Shown in pieces: positions 39,867 through 52,993 of a stretch of 64,000 nt of DNA. Both the position numbers and the translations under genes were made by a program. The number at the start of each line of letters is the position of its first letter. Position 1 is the first letter of the stretch. Under the pieces are notes generated by a model. That model was not told the DNA's origin. It ran no database searches and saw nothing but the letters and a program-made list of their open reading frames with translations. Source of the DNA: Octopus sinensis (taxonomy: Eukaryota); NCBI RefSeq assembly GCF_006345805.1, contig NC_043012.1:10478001-10542000 (forward strand), read 5' to 3'.

Positions 39867-40195
39867 TGGACGGACGGTAAAGCGATAAAGTGGTCACGCG
39901 TCTGTGTTCCAATCCCAGCTGGCGTACGTACGTTAGCTCACCTTGCGTCTTTCGCCGTCTGTTTCACTCTCACCCCTTCTATCTCCCCTCTCTCTTTCTT
40001 TCTTTCTCTCTCTCTCTCTCTCTCTCTCTTCCCTTCTTACTCTCTTCCTCGTTTCTTCCCTCCCTTCATCTTCCTCTCCCTCATCTCACTCCAGCCTTCC
40101 TCTGTCCTTAATCCCTCTCGTAAACGCAAATGCATGTATACATATGCACATACTTGTGCGCTTGTTTTGACATTTGCATATACATACACGTGTAG

Positions 40196-40232
<37 letters not shown>

Positions 40233-40234
40233 GT

Positions 40235-40552
40235 GAGGGCGCGTGGCTTAGTGGTTAGGGCATTCGGCTCATGATCGTAAGGTTGTGAGTTCGATTCCCG
40301 GCGACGCGTTGTGTCCTTGAGCAAGACACTTTATTTTCACGTTGCTCCAGTCCACTCAGCTGGCAAAAATGAGTTGTACTTGTATTTCAAAGGGTCAGCC
40401 TTGTCACTCTCTGTGTCACGCTGATTATCCCCGAGAACTACGTTAAGGGTACACGTGTCTGTGAATGCTCAGCCATTTGCACGTTAATTTCACGAGCAAG
40501 CTGTTCCGTTGATCGTATCAGCTGGGGACCTCGTCGTCGTAACGGCGGCGTC
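40235..40552 (+). mobile_element. SINE body H2 + tail B, full length
   Basis: gagggcgcgtggcttagtggttaggg..gttcgattccc..tcgtcgtcgtaacggc. Confidence 0.85.
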
Positions 40553-40562
40553 ATTAGTCATA

Positions 40563-40621
<59 letters not shown>

Positions 40622-40665
40622 TATATATATATATATATATCTGTCTCTCTCTCTCTCTCTCTCTA

Positions 40666-40702
<37 letters not shown>

Positions 40703-40849
40703 AGACACTCACATACACACATACTCACTCATATACAGTTGAGGACAGATTTATATTTATAAAACAAAGAACAGATATATTATAACAGATAGTAACTTTA
40801 TTTATCAAAAAATTCTATGAGAATAAAAAATAAAAATTTTCTATGTTAT

Positions 40850-41400
40850 CCAATAAATCCACCTTCAGCTTCAACAACTGCTTCTATATGAGATCAAAAT
40901 CACCAACATGCTCAAATCAAATGGTCCTGATTCATTTTGGACATTACTCTGACTATGACAGCTTTCAAAGAATATTTTGTGTTATGTGCGTGTTCATTGA
41001 CCCCTTTCAAAGAATCTTTGGTGTTAAGGACGTGTTCATTACAACACTCCACATGTGATAGTCCAATGGATTGGGATCTGGGAAATTAGGAGGCCAAATG
41101 TTAGGGGTTATATGATAATGAAAATTTCAACCACCCATTCCTGTGTTATGGAGCTTCCATTGCATACACTGTCTATCCAGAGCTTAACAATTGTTTCCAG
41201 GGCCTCTATGTAGGCTGCAGAGTAAACTTTAAGGCTTTGTGGAAAGAAGTAAGGAGTCATCACATGTCCTTCATTGCTGACAGCCCCTAAAACAATGACA
41301 GTAGCAGGAAATTTTGTATGCATAACACTTGGGACTTCAGAAGGGTCTGCACATAACCATCTGTCATTTCTTCTGTTAATTTCTTGATCTTAGTCGAAGT
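40850..41400 (-). pseudogene. Second mariner-like (maT-type) transposase fragment with internal deletion
   Basis: TKFPATVIVLGAVSNEGHVMTPYFFPQSLKV..; downstream WPPNFPDPNPLDYHMWSV and EAVVEAEGGFI; the QQD segment is missing. Confidence 0.8.
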
Positions 41401-41957
41401 TTTTTCTAGTTTAAGAAAAACCAAGGAGGAGGAGGAAGAGGGGGCCGAAATGTGATGATGATGATGACGACGACGACGACGACGATGATGATGATTGTGA
41501 TGACGATAATGTTTATGATTAGGATAACGATGACGACGATGATGATAGTGAGTACTATGAATTTGCTGATGATTTTGATGATGATTTTGATGATGGCGAC
41601 TTCCACTAAAAACGCCGATAAGGATGTTGCTGCAGGCAATGATGTTGACGTTCATCTTCATTGCTATTGCACTGACGTCGAGGACGACGAAACGACGATT
41701 ACGATGATGATGATAAGGATGATGCAAAAACGAATGATTGCAAAAACGAATCCATAATAGCGAAGTCTGGATTGGTGCGGGCGTAGCTACGCGCGTGTGC
41801 ACGTGTGCTTGTGCGTGTGTGTGTGTATGTGTGTGCAGTGATAGCAGTGGCGGATCGTAGATAAAATTAGTCGGTGCGCAGCTTCAGAAAGTTTTTAGCC
41901 TTTGTTTTAATATTGTGCAAAAGGAAACAAAAAAGAAAAAGAAAAAAAATTATACAT

Positions 41958-42287
41958 GGGTGCCGGAATGGCTGTGTGTTAAGTAGCATGCTTACCAACC
42001 ACATGGTTCCGGGTTCATTCCCACTGCGTGGTACCTTGGGCAAGTGTATTCTACTATAGCCTCGAGCCGACCAAAGCCATGTGAGTGGATTTGGTAGACG
42101 GAAACTGAAAGAAGCCCGTCCTATATATGTATATTCTAGCAAAAACTGTCCGATGAACGGCAACGGGAAACTCAGAGTAACAGGTTTTGTTGAATTTTCT
42201 GCTGCTTTAAATAAATCATATTACTCTACCACTGGTATTTGAGTACTCTTTTTTCCACCTTGTTTCACATTTATGTGTTTACTCCGG

Positions 42288-42349
<62 letters not shown>

Positions 42350-42545
42350 TCCCCCCCCCACATCGCTTAACAACCAGCGGTCGTGATTTTACGTCCCCGT
42401 AACTTAGCGGTTCGGCAAAAGAGACCGATAGAATAAGTACTAGGCTTACAAAGAATAAGTCCTGGGGGTCGATTTGCTCGATTAAAGGCGGTGCTCCAGC
42501 ATGGCCGCAGTCACTGAAACAAATAACTGAAACAAGTAAAAGGCA
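41958..42545 (+). mobile_element. SINE group 3 interrupted in its (TA)n by an HHR-bearing insert
   Basis: The 5' half ends at gaaagaagcccgtcc; the 3' half resumes at tttgtccccc (~42346). Confidence 0.8.
42146..42183 (+). ncRNA. Degenerate minimal type I hammerhead motif
   Basis: CTGT CCGATGA ACGGCAACGG GAA ACTC-A-GAGT A ACAG; U4C and weak stem II. Confidence 0.55.
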
Positions 42546-43215
42546 AACTTGATCGGTTCACGTTTTAGCCACAGCCGGGTAATGCGTTCAATTTGCTCAC
42601 TGAACACCGCCGCCAATTCACCCTTACGTTTTAAAAATCCCCCTTAAATTACAAAATAAGCTGGTCAAATGTGCCCTATTTTTAAAATCCTGGCAGCAAC
42701 ATTGAAGGAAGCTTGAAGCAGGATAATAATCTAATTCTACACTTTGTCACATTCAACAATATATAAGAGTTTTAAAGCACAGTACACGCGGACTCAAAAA
42801 GAAACACTACCTTTCACCCAACACTGTCGTTCACGCAGTCCTCTCTCTCCTTAGCGTGAAACTTCCTATCTCGGAAATATAAGCATGCACAGAACAGCCA
42901 AACAGCGCGTCGCTGGAACTGTGACGTGCACAGTTCTATACAAGGATCTTTGATTTATTTCATCAACTAGGGAATGGTTACTGACTTTAAGCTTAAGGAT
43001 TATATAATGTATATAAAGTATTATATAAAGAAAGAATTATTATATTGAATGTTATCGATAATATCGAGTGGAAATACACGAGCCGCCACTGGTGCGTAGT
43101 GTTTGTATATATATGTGAGAGTGAGTGTATCTGCGTCTATTCGTGCTCAAGTTGAAACAACTTAGGACGTTGCACCTGAGCAGAATTTTCGGGATCGCTA
43201 GACGAAATTATTTTG

Positions 43216-43368
43216 GGCGCAGGAGTAGCTGTGTGGTAAGTAGCTTGCTTACCAACCACAGTCCCACTGCGTGGCATCTTGGGCAAGTGTCTTCTACTAT
43301 AGCCTCGGACCGACCAAAGCCTTGTGAGTGGATTTGGTAGATGAAAAACTGAAAGAAGCCCGTATATA

Positions 43369-43404
<36 letters not shown>

Positions 43405-43650
43405 TATATATACGTGCGTATGTATATATATTGTGTGTCTGTGTGTTTTGTCCCCCTAGCATTGCTTCACAACCGATGCTGGTGTGTTTATGTCCCCGCA
43501 ACTTAGCGGTTCGGCAAAAGAGACCGATAGAATAAGTACTGGGCTTACAAAGAATAAGTCGCGGGGTCGATTTGCTCGACTAAAGGCGGTGCTCCAGTAT
43601 GGCCGCAGTCAAATGACTGAAACAAGTAAAATGGAGAGTAAAAAGAGAGT
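43216..43650 (+). mobile_element. SINE group 3, full length
   Basis: ggcgcaggagtagctgtgtggtaag..aaatgactgaaacaagtaaa. Confidence 0.85.
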
Positions 43651-44121
43651 ATATGAGAATAGACTTTGGTAAAGGCATCCGAGGATCAGATGGTGGTGCT
43701 AAACCAAATGTTAGCTAACTTGTACAACCCACATATTTCTATAACTTGACGTGTAGTTGTATATGCATGTGCGTGTATGTGTGTATTTGTTTGGGTGTGC
43801 ATGAGCGCCTGTGTACGTAGTTGTGTGTGTGCGCGCCTGTGTATGTAGCTGTATGCGTGTGTATGTAGTTGTGTGTGTGCGCCTGTGTATTTAGTTGTGT
43901 GTGTGTGTGTGTGTGTGTGCTTGTAGGCCTGTGTATATAGTTGTGTGTGTTGCGTGCGTGCATGTGCGTGTGCACTTGTGTATGTAGATGTGTGTGTATG
44001 TGCGTGCTTGTGCATACGCGCCTGTATATGTAGGAGTGTGTGTGTGTGCGAGTACGTGTGCGCCTGTGCATGTAGTTGTGTGTGTGCGTCTGTGTATGCA
44101 TTTATGTGTGTGTGTGTGTGT

Positions 44122-44395
44122 GTGTGCATTTGTGTGTAGTTTGTGTGTGCATGTGAGTGTACGCCTCTGTATGTAGTGATGTGTGTGTGTGTGTGCGTGT
44201 GCGCTTGTGTCCATAGTTTGTGTGTGCATGTGAGGGTGCGCCTCTGTATGTAGTTATGTGTGTGTGTGTGTGGTGTGCGCTTGTGTCCATAGTTTGTGTG
44301 TGCATGTGAGGGTGCGCCTCTGTATGTAGTTATGTGTGTGTGGTGTGCGTGTGCGCTTGTGTCCATAGTTTGTGTGTGCATGCGCATGTGCGCTT
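44122..44395. repeat. 76-bp TG-rich minisatellite (~3.5 units)
   Basis: gtgcgcttgtgtccatagtttgtgtgtgcatg starts at 44199, 44275 and 44351. Confidence 0.9.
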
Positions 44396-45254
44396 GTGAA
44401 TGTAGTTGTGAAGTCTGCGCATGCAACCCGCATTCTTTTGCAAGAGTTTGTCGGAAGAAAGGAAACAGAAACATCACAGCGTTCTTGTTGACATTGTATG
44501 TGCAATATTTAGGAGGTTGTTGTGGTTAGGGCTAGCCCGCCAGGTCGGCAGTTTTTATAAGCGAACGCGTGTCCTAAGTCGGTGTACGGGTTGGTCGTTC
44601 GTTGACCTGAGGGAATTTTAAACGAACAAGGTGCCACATTAGGATTGCAAATCGTAGATATTCGTGGAAACGGGGCTGTACATGGGTGTGTGTGTGTTTT
44701 GTATTTGTGCCAATGTTTGTATGCATGTGTGTGTCTTTGTGTGTGTGAGTGTGTGTGAGCGTATGTGTGCTTACTATGTTTGTTTATGAATGTCTATATG
44801 TTTAATATTGTTTTTATATATCTATGGTTGTTACTTCTTCCATCACGTACGTTTTAGAGTCAAAGATTTTTCAAATTTTGCTTCATGTATTTCCACTGAT
44901 TTCTTAATGTTGTTTGTGTTATTTGGAAATGGTAAAAAAATTAATTATTAGAATTAAATGACATTTTTCAAATTATGGATGCATGTATGTAATTATGTAT
45001 CTGTGTGTGTATGTATGCTTGCAATGTATGTATGTATCTGGTATGGATGTACATATGTGTGTGTGGAGAGGAAAAAATTCTTCAAGGATTCTTTCAAAGC
45101 TTCACTGAAGAGCTTTGAGTTCAACCTCACATCTGGGAAGCGCAATCTGGCAAAGCTGCACTATCAGAAATGCGACCTTCTACGAACAAAATAGGATGAC
45201 AGGGCCACTAGAAACTGCTAACTGTGCAAGTGCAGATCCAAGTCCTCGCCTTCA

Positions 45255-45475
45255 ATACCTATTTCTTTACTATCCACAAGGGGCTAAATACAGAAGGGAC
45301 AAACAAGGACAAACGGCTTAGGTCAATTATGTCGACCCCAGTGTGTAACTGGTACTTATCTAATCGACCCCGAAAGGATGAAAGGCAAAGTCGACCCCGG
45401 CGGAATTTGAACTCAGAATGTAGCGGCAGACGAAATACTGCTAAGCATTTCACCCGGCGAGCTAACGATTCTGCC
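45255..45475 (-). mobile_element. SINE group 2
   Basis: Reverse complement of tggcagaatcgttagctcgcc..agaaataggtatt. Confidence 0.85.
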
Positions 45476-45477
45476 AT

Positions 45478-45600
45478 GCCCGACTGCGGCAGAGCCTTCT
45501 GTGCATGCATCGGATTGATCAGTTACAGCCGGATACTCTGTGCCGTGCCTTCTCCCATGCGATGTCCTTGATCATTGCCGACAACAACAGACGGACTAAT
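45478..45600 (+). mobile_element. 3' terminus of an RTE-clade LINE
   Basis: PDCGRAFCACIGLISYSR resembles the RTE C-terminal CxxCGRxxxxRIGLxSH motif; short 3' UTR ending gacggac(taa)n. Confidence 0.6.
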
Positions 45601-45748
45601 AATATATAGTGATGTATATAATATGTACCTGTAATATTTGGGGGGTAATTTATTTCAGTTCTTTCCTTTACAGAATTCAAACCAATCTCTAACAACAAAA
45701 CAAGGCTCTTGTGCTTAAGCCAAAACGACATGTTAATTGGTTGGTGTA

Positions 45749-45817
<69 letters not shown>

Positions 45818-46692
45818 TGTGTGTGTGTGTGTAGCGTGTCTGCGCGGTGTAGATAAGCTGTAGTGGATGTATTTATAATTTATTTTAGTACACAAACATG
45901 AATACTTCGATACGTTTTATGAGAGGGTGACATATGAGAGGAGCCTAAAAGCTCCTCTTTATTTCAACAAGAAGGGTGACAACAACTGTAACAACATCAG
46001 TGACAACAACAACAATAGCAAAGACAACATATGTAAGAACAAAATAAGAAGAACAATTAAGCCTCTGGACAAGTGGTTTCCAATCTTTCTGCCTTAATGG
46101 CGTACTGGGAATCATACAAAAGTTTTCAGAGCACTTCGTAGAGAACCTGAGATTTATTGGCGCACTTCACATGGAAATTACAATTTTGTACTTGACTTTC
46201 AATATTCTTGATGTGAAATTGTGCGTTGAAATGTGTTGTATCACAGGAGAGTCACTAAGCCAATAAGAAACAAGCTTCTTTTGTTTTTATTAATTAATTA
46301 GTTTATATTTAATGAATGAATTAATTCATTGTTTGATTAACCGTTCGATCACCCAATTGTGGGATTCTATTGACCAAAGCCTTTTGAGTGGATTTGGCAG
46401 ACGAAAACTGAAAGAAGCCCGTCGAATATATATATATATATATTCGACCCATCTATATGCACGTATATATGTATACTATATACGCATAAATCTTCATATA
46501 TATATATGTATATATATATATACACACAGCTTCAAATTATTAGACAGCTCACTTTTTCATTATATAAGAGTATATTACAGTTTTATATTTAAGAGATGTG
46601 GAATTATGTATATTATTTACATTATTTACATTCGACGGATATTTGTGCTCGTCTTTGTTGTTAACACAGCGTTTCGACTTATATACCCTCCA

Positions 46693-46936
46693 GCGACAGA
46701 CGAAATACCTATTTCTTTATTACCTACAAGGGGCTAAACTTAGAGGGGGCAAACAAGGACAGTCATAGGTATTACGTCGATTACATCGACCCCAGTTCGC
46801 ATCTGGTACTTAATTTATCGACCCCGAAAGGATGAAAGGCAAAGTCGACCTCTGCGGAATTTGAACTCACAACGTAACGGCAGACGAAATACCGCTTAGC
46901 ATTTCGCCCGGCGTACTAACGTTTCTGCCAGCTCAC
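46693..46936 (-). mobile_element. SINE group 2 whose 3' end repeats its internal ggtatttcgtctg motif
   Basis: Sense strand ends agaaataggtatttcgtctgtcgct. Confidence 0.85.
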
Positions 46937-46937
46937 C

Positions 46938-47048
<111 letters not shown>

Positions 47049-47820
47049 GAATGTATATATATACACACATACACACATATATATATATGTGCAGACAATT
47101 ATGTATACCTTCATAAATTATACGTATAAATATACCATATACCCATTGGCTATCATCTATATGCACGCATGTATCTATACTATATACGCATAAATCTTCA
47201 TTTGTATTAGCATACATCAATTGATTTTTCACGCTTCAACTGTAAGCATTGTATTGCGTAATCAATTTTTAACAACTTCAGAAGTGGACACCGCTCTTAA
47301 ATGCGCGTAAACACACACACATACACACACACGTACCAACGAACGCGCACACACAGATACACACACATAACCCAGAGACACACGCATACGCGCGCACATA
47401 CACACACACACACACACACGGCACACGCATACAGAAGTGATATGAGTTTGTGTATGCACGTATTTAGATTTGAGAACTGAAGCACCACCGACGCATGTTT
47501 AAGTGGCAGTTTGCCGGACAACAGATGCGCGGCGAGTTTGTTAGGTGCACGTGACTTGGAAACTGGTGGTGGCGCCACAAGTTAACAGCAGTGTTTTTGA
47601 GGATAACACAAATAATATCAAAAATAGAAACAAAAAAAAAAAACGATACCAACAACAGCAGAAAATAACTGTCTCACCCAACACCGCTAAAAGGAAAAAA
47701 ATTTGAACATCGACATGTATGCATGTACGTACTTGAATATATATGCACGCCTACATACTTATATATGTGTGTATGTATATGTATATATGTGTATAAAATA
47801 AATACATATATATATATATA

Positions 47821-47991
47821 GGCGAAGGAGTAGCTGTGTGGTAAGTAGCGTACTTACGAACCACACGGTTCCGGGTTCAGTCCCACTGCGTGGCACCTTG
47901 GGCAAGTGTCTTCTACTATAGCCACGGGCCTACCAATGCCTTGTGAGTGGATTTGGTAGACGGAAACTGAAAGAAGCCCATCATATATAAA

Positions 47992-48046
<55 letters not shown>

Positions 48047-48400
48047 ATGTTTGTTTGTCTGTGTTTGTCCACCCAACATCGCTTGACAACCGATGCTGGT
48101 ATGTTTATGTCCCCGTAACTTAGCGGTTCGGCAAAAAGTGACCGATAAAATAAGTACTAGGCTTACAAAGAATAAGTCCTTCGATTTGCTCGACTAAAGG
48201 CGGTGCTCCAGCATGGCCGCAGCCAAATGGCTGAAACAAGTAAAAGAGTAAAAGAGATTAAAAGTATACGGTTCGGCAAAAGAGACCGATAGAATAAGTA
48301 CTGGGCGTACAAAAGAATAAGTCCCGGGGTTGAGTTGCTCGATTAAAGGCGGTGCTCCAGCATGGCCGCAGTCAAATGACTGAAACAAGTAAAAGAGAGA
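47821..48400 (+). mobile_element. SINE group 3 with tandemly repeated 3' part
   Basis: A second cggttcggcaaaagagaccgatag..ctgaaacaagtaaaagag block follows from ~48269. Confidence 0.8.
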
Positions 48401-48920
48401 GAAAGAGAAAGAGATATAATATACATATATGTGTGAGTGTGTGTGTGTGCATGTTTGCGTGTATGCGATGCTCACACACATATATACACGCAAGTCTCTA
48501 GTTACAACGTGTATGAATATATGTATGTGTGCATTTACATCAATGTACACGTGTGTGTATTCATGTATACGCGTTTGTGTGTGTGTGTTAACACCAAGTT
48601 ATGTATAGGTGTATGTGTATGTTTGCATGCGTTTATGTGTGTCCTTTTTCGTTTCCGTTTCCAATGTAATTCTATGAAAACTTTTACATTTATGAATTCA
48701 AGATATTTAATTTATATATATGTATATATATATTTATTACTTTATATAATTATGAGTATAATTATAATTAGGATTCAGTAAAAAAAAAAAAATTGTTTCG
48801 CCACATACAGAACTTTTAGAAATAGCATCCAAAGAACTTAGCTATTTCTTCTACTATAAAAAGAATCTCCCAGACAATGTATACTCAATGTATAATCTCC
48901 TTGATAATAAGCGACAGATG

Positions 48921-49011
<91 letters not shown>

Positions 49012-49258
49012 TAGATAGATAGATAGATAAATGCTTTATCATATTATTTTTTCTATGTGATATGTTTTATGTCTATCATTGTTTGAATTGCATAATAGTG
49101 GTTTTTCTCTAATTTATATATATTATATATTTATATTGTGAAATTTGATTTAATACTAAATTGAATGTTTCCCTGTAAGTTTGGAGTTACACTCCCTAAT
49201 ATTATATATATATATATATATATGTAAATGCAATATGTGACAATTATTCCGTAACCAT

Positions 49259-49319
49259 GATAAAACTCCGAGTTTCGGATGTCGGGGTGGAAATCCACAC
49301 CGCCATCTCTTCAGTTATC
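49259..49319 (-). ncRNA. Type I hammerhead ribozyme motif, intact core
   Basis: GATAA CTGAAGA GATGGCGGTGTGG-ATTT-CCACCCCGACATCC GAA ACTC-G-GAGT T TTATC. Confidence 0.8.
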
Positions 49320-49340
49320 CATCCATTTCCCCGATGGCCG

Positions 49341-49401
49341 GATAACTGAAGAGATGGCGGTGTGGATTTCCACCCCGACATCCGAAACTCCGAGTTTTAT
49401 C
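49341..49401 (+). ncRNA. Type I hammerhead ribozyme motif, intact core
   Basis: GATAA CTGAAGA GATGGCGGTGTGG-ATTT-CCACCCCGACATCC GAA ACTC-C-GAGT T TTATC. Confidence 0.8.
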
Positions 49402-49521
49402 ATGGCTACCGAATAATTGTCACATATTACATTTACAGATAAATTCCTCTATCTACATATTATCGAGGTCTCTTTCATTCTTTTGTTGTCTTACCATATC
49501 TATCAATATATACATATACTC

Positions 49522-49937
49522 TTTACTCGTTTACTCGTTTACTTGTTTCAGTCATTTGACTGCGGCCATGCTGGAGCACCACCTTTAGTCGAGCTAATCG
49601 ACCCCGGGACTTATTCTTTGTAAGTCCAGTACTCATTCTATCGGTCTCCTTTGCCGAACCGCTAAGTTACGGGGACGTAAACACACCAGCATCGGTTGTC
49701 AAGCAATGCTAGGGGGACAAACACAGACACACAAACATATACACACACACACTTATATATATATACATATATACGACAGGTTTCTTTCAGTTTCCGTCTA
49801 CCAAATCCACTCACAAGGCATTGGTCGGCCCGAGGCTATAGTGAAAGACACTTGCCCAAGATGCCTCGCAGTGGGACTGAACCCGGAACCATGTGGTTGG
49901 TTAGCAAGCTACTTACCACACAGCCACTCCTGCGCCT
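49522..49937 (-). mobile_element. SINE group 3, full length
   Basis: Reverse complement from ggcgcaggagtggctgtg to the (gtaaacga)n tail. Confidence 0.85.
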
Positions 49938-50911
49938 ATATAATTATTTAATAAAAACTAAGAATTACAACGACGACGATGCTGCTGCGGCTGCTGCTGA
50001 TGATTATGATGAGGATGAAGATGAAGATGATTATGACGATTTGCGAAGAGAAACTATTCTTTATATATATTTCAAACAGTGACTAATAAAGCTAGTGGTA
50101 TTAGTGTTAATTGTCTGTCCTCCTACCAATATTAGTTCTAATTGTATCTGAAATTTAATTTTTTCTGATATTTTTTTTCTTTTAATGCCAAGTCTATACA
50201 TCTAATTAGCTTTATCTGTTAATTAGAAAAGCATTTCCATCTGGATCTGATATTATCTTTTATGAAGCATCAGTTATTGCCATGGATACAAAGATGAAAA
50301 TATTAGTTGTAGGTTCGCGTATCATTAGTCCCACGTGTATACGGGTTTGAGTGATTGCACACAGATGTGTATGAGAGAGACAGAGAGAGAGAGAGTGAGT
50401 GCGTGTGTGTATGTACATATATATATCCTTTTAGCCTTTCTATTTTTTCAATCATTTGACTGCGGCCATGCTAGAGCACCACCCTGAAGTATTTTACTCG
50501 AAACAAATCGACCCCAGGGCTTATTTTTTCAGCATGGTACTGATTCTATCGGTTTTTCTTTTCCCGACATGCTAGGTTACGGGGACGGGACAAACACAGA
50601 CACAAATAGTCACACACACACGCACACACACACATATATATATCTTCGAGGGGCTTCATTCAATTTCCGTCTACCAAATTCACTCACAAGCTTTTGGTCA
50701 GCCCGAGGCTTAACCGGAACCATATTGTTGGGAATCAAGTTTCTTACCACACATTCACACCTACGCCTAGTGACTCTTTTGACAATGACGCAGCTTGTCC
50801 TAATGCTCGAAATGCGGAGTATATAAAGCAGTGGACAACTCATGAAGGGATTGCCTGTTACATTTTTCTATTTGTTTCTTTCGTTGTTAAAAAACCCCTC
50901 GTTTCCCATGT

Positions 50912-51115
50912 TTAGTGGTATTTCGTCTGCCGCTACGTTCTGAGTTCAAATTCCGCCGAGGTCGACTTTGCCTTTCATCCTTTCGGGGTCGATTAAATAA
51001 GTACGAGTTACGTACTGGAGTCGATATAATCAACTTAATCCGTTTGTCTGTCCTTGTTTGTTCTCTCTGTGTTTTACCCCTTGTGGGTAGTAAAGAAATA
51101 GGCATTTCGCCTGTC
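50912..51115 (+). mobile_element. SINE group 2, 5'-truncated, bounded by ggtatttcgtctg-like direct repeats
   Basis: Starts tggtatttcgtctgcc, ends ataggcatttcgcctgtc. Confidence 0.8.
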
Positions 51116-51272
51116 TTAATGTCAAAGCCGACAGGAAGCGTCGATGCTTCCTAGGGCTAAATAGCGGTGTTGTGATTCCCTTTACGGGACTGTCACGTTA
51201 AGTTTACAGTATACAACCGCTCTATCGTTCCACCACCGCTCATATCTCTCTGAGATATTTAGAAATTTAATA

Positions 51273-51332
<60 letters not shown>

Positions 51333-51643
51333 ATGTATATATGCGTATATTCGCATGCGTTGTTATTGTATCTTATCAATGAAGTGGTGTTGATATAAAG
51401 CACATCAACTTTTCTCGTGTGTTAAGTTACATACATACCCGAGCACGCACACACACACACACACACGCATACACTCACACACACACATAGTCAAAGCACA
51501 CTCATACATATTCATTAGTATATTCACGTTCTCATTCTTAGTGACTGTTGTTGCTGTGTGTATGTGGTTACCAGTTACAAAAGGACACGTGGACAACAGC
51601 CCCAGGGAAAGTGGTGGGATATCCGCTCTTTAGTAGTAGCGGT

Positions 51644-51675
<32 letters not shown>

Positions 51676-52948
51676 TAGTAATAGTAGTAGTAGTAGTAAT
51701 AGTAGTAGTAGTAGTGGTGGTGGTGGTGGTGGTGTGGTGGTGTGTGGTGGCGGTGGTGGTGGTGGTTATGATGGTTGCGGTTGAGGTCGAAATGTATTGA
51801 TTGCGGTTGCGTGTTAACTCCAGTGGTTATTGCAGTGATTGTTGTGGCGCAAGTACCGGTGTTGCTGTGGGGGAAATAGTAGTTTGAAAAGGGAAGTGGA
51901 TTTTTGTTTTCATCTCAGTCACAGGTCAGTATTAACTGAGATAAATTATCGTGAAGGACACTCTATTCATGACTATCCCTTCCTTTAGTTTACCTGATAT
52001 TAGATTGAGCAATGTGTCCTTCTAGATTTAAGCCAATAGAATGTGATTTCTGGGACACTGATAGTTATATCATGCACGTAAGGCGCAGGTGTTGCTGTGT
52101 TTTTTTAAGAAGTTTGCTTCTCAAACACAAGGTTCCGAGTTCTGTCCCACTGCGTGGCAACTTGGGTAAGTGTCTCGGGTCGACCAAAACCTTGTGAATG
52201 GATTTAGTAGATGGAAACTAAAAGAAGCTTGTCATAGGTATGTGTGTGTGTATGTGTATGTGTGTGCATGTGTGTTTTATGTCTGTGTTTGTCCACCACC
52301 ATGGTTTAACTACCGGTATTGCTGTGTTCACGTCCCGTAACTCGGGAAAAGAAACTGATAGAATTAGTCCTAGGGTTAGAATAAAAAAAAGTATTGGGGT
52401 CGATTCTTTCGACTAAATTTTCTTCAAGACAGTGCCACAGCATGGCTGCAATCTAATGACTAAAACAAATAAAATATAAAACATAAAAGTTGAACGACGA
52501 AAATAAGTGCGAATAGTTTGTACGGACAGTTTTCAATTGGTAATGAAGTACGTGGTGGTCCTAGAGAGAATATTGGTTCTAAAAAATATAAATAAATGCG
52601 CCCTTTTAAAACCTAGCCAGGTTCATGGGCCCGGTTTCCCGGTTTCTATGGCGTATGTGTTCCCTAGCTGGACGGGACGCCAGTCCATCGTAGCGTTACT
52701 CATCATGCGAAAGGCGTTAGGGTGTCATTTAAAGGATAATTGACTGTTGTTTTCAGTAAACCACGTGTTTCATATACATCAAGAGAGTAACAGAGAGAAA
52801 AGGGGAGAAGCGCATTGACAATTTATATGTTTAAAGTTATCTTTATATATTTTCTGTAGAATTTAGAGCCAACACTGTAAGTTAAGATGTTTCATATACG
52901 AATGTGTCTATGTAAGCAATGCGATTGGAGATTGATAAATAAAAGATT

Positions 52949-52993
52949 GGTGTAAATGCATATTTCAGGAATCATTGCTCCTTCTTCAGTACC
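52949..52993 (-). ncRNA. Type I hammerhead-like motif with A-U closing of stem II
   Basis: GGTA CTGAAGA AGGA-GCAATGAT-TCCT GAA AT-ATGC-AT T TACACC; stem I only 3-4 bp. Confidence 0.55.

Larger units (their letters stand above)
49223..49437. mobile_element. Near-perfect foldback (98-bp arms, 4 mismatches, 19-nt spacer) built from two hammerhead-bearing arms
   Basis: 49223-49320 vs reverse complement of 49340-49437; (TA)n on the left. Confidence 0.92.

Noticed and set aside
45095-45125. CTGAAGA inside the hairpin aaagcttca..agcttt
   Set aside because: No downstream GAAA or stem III
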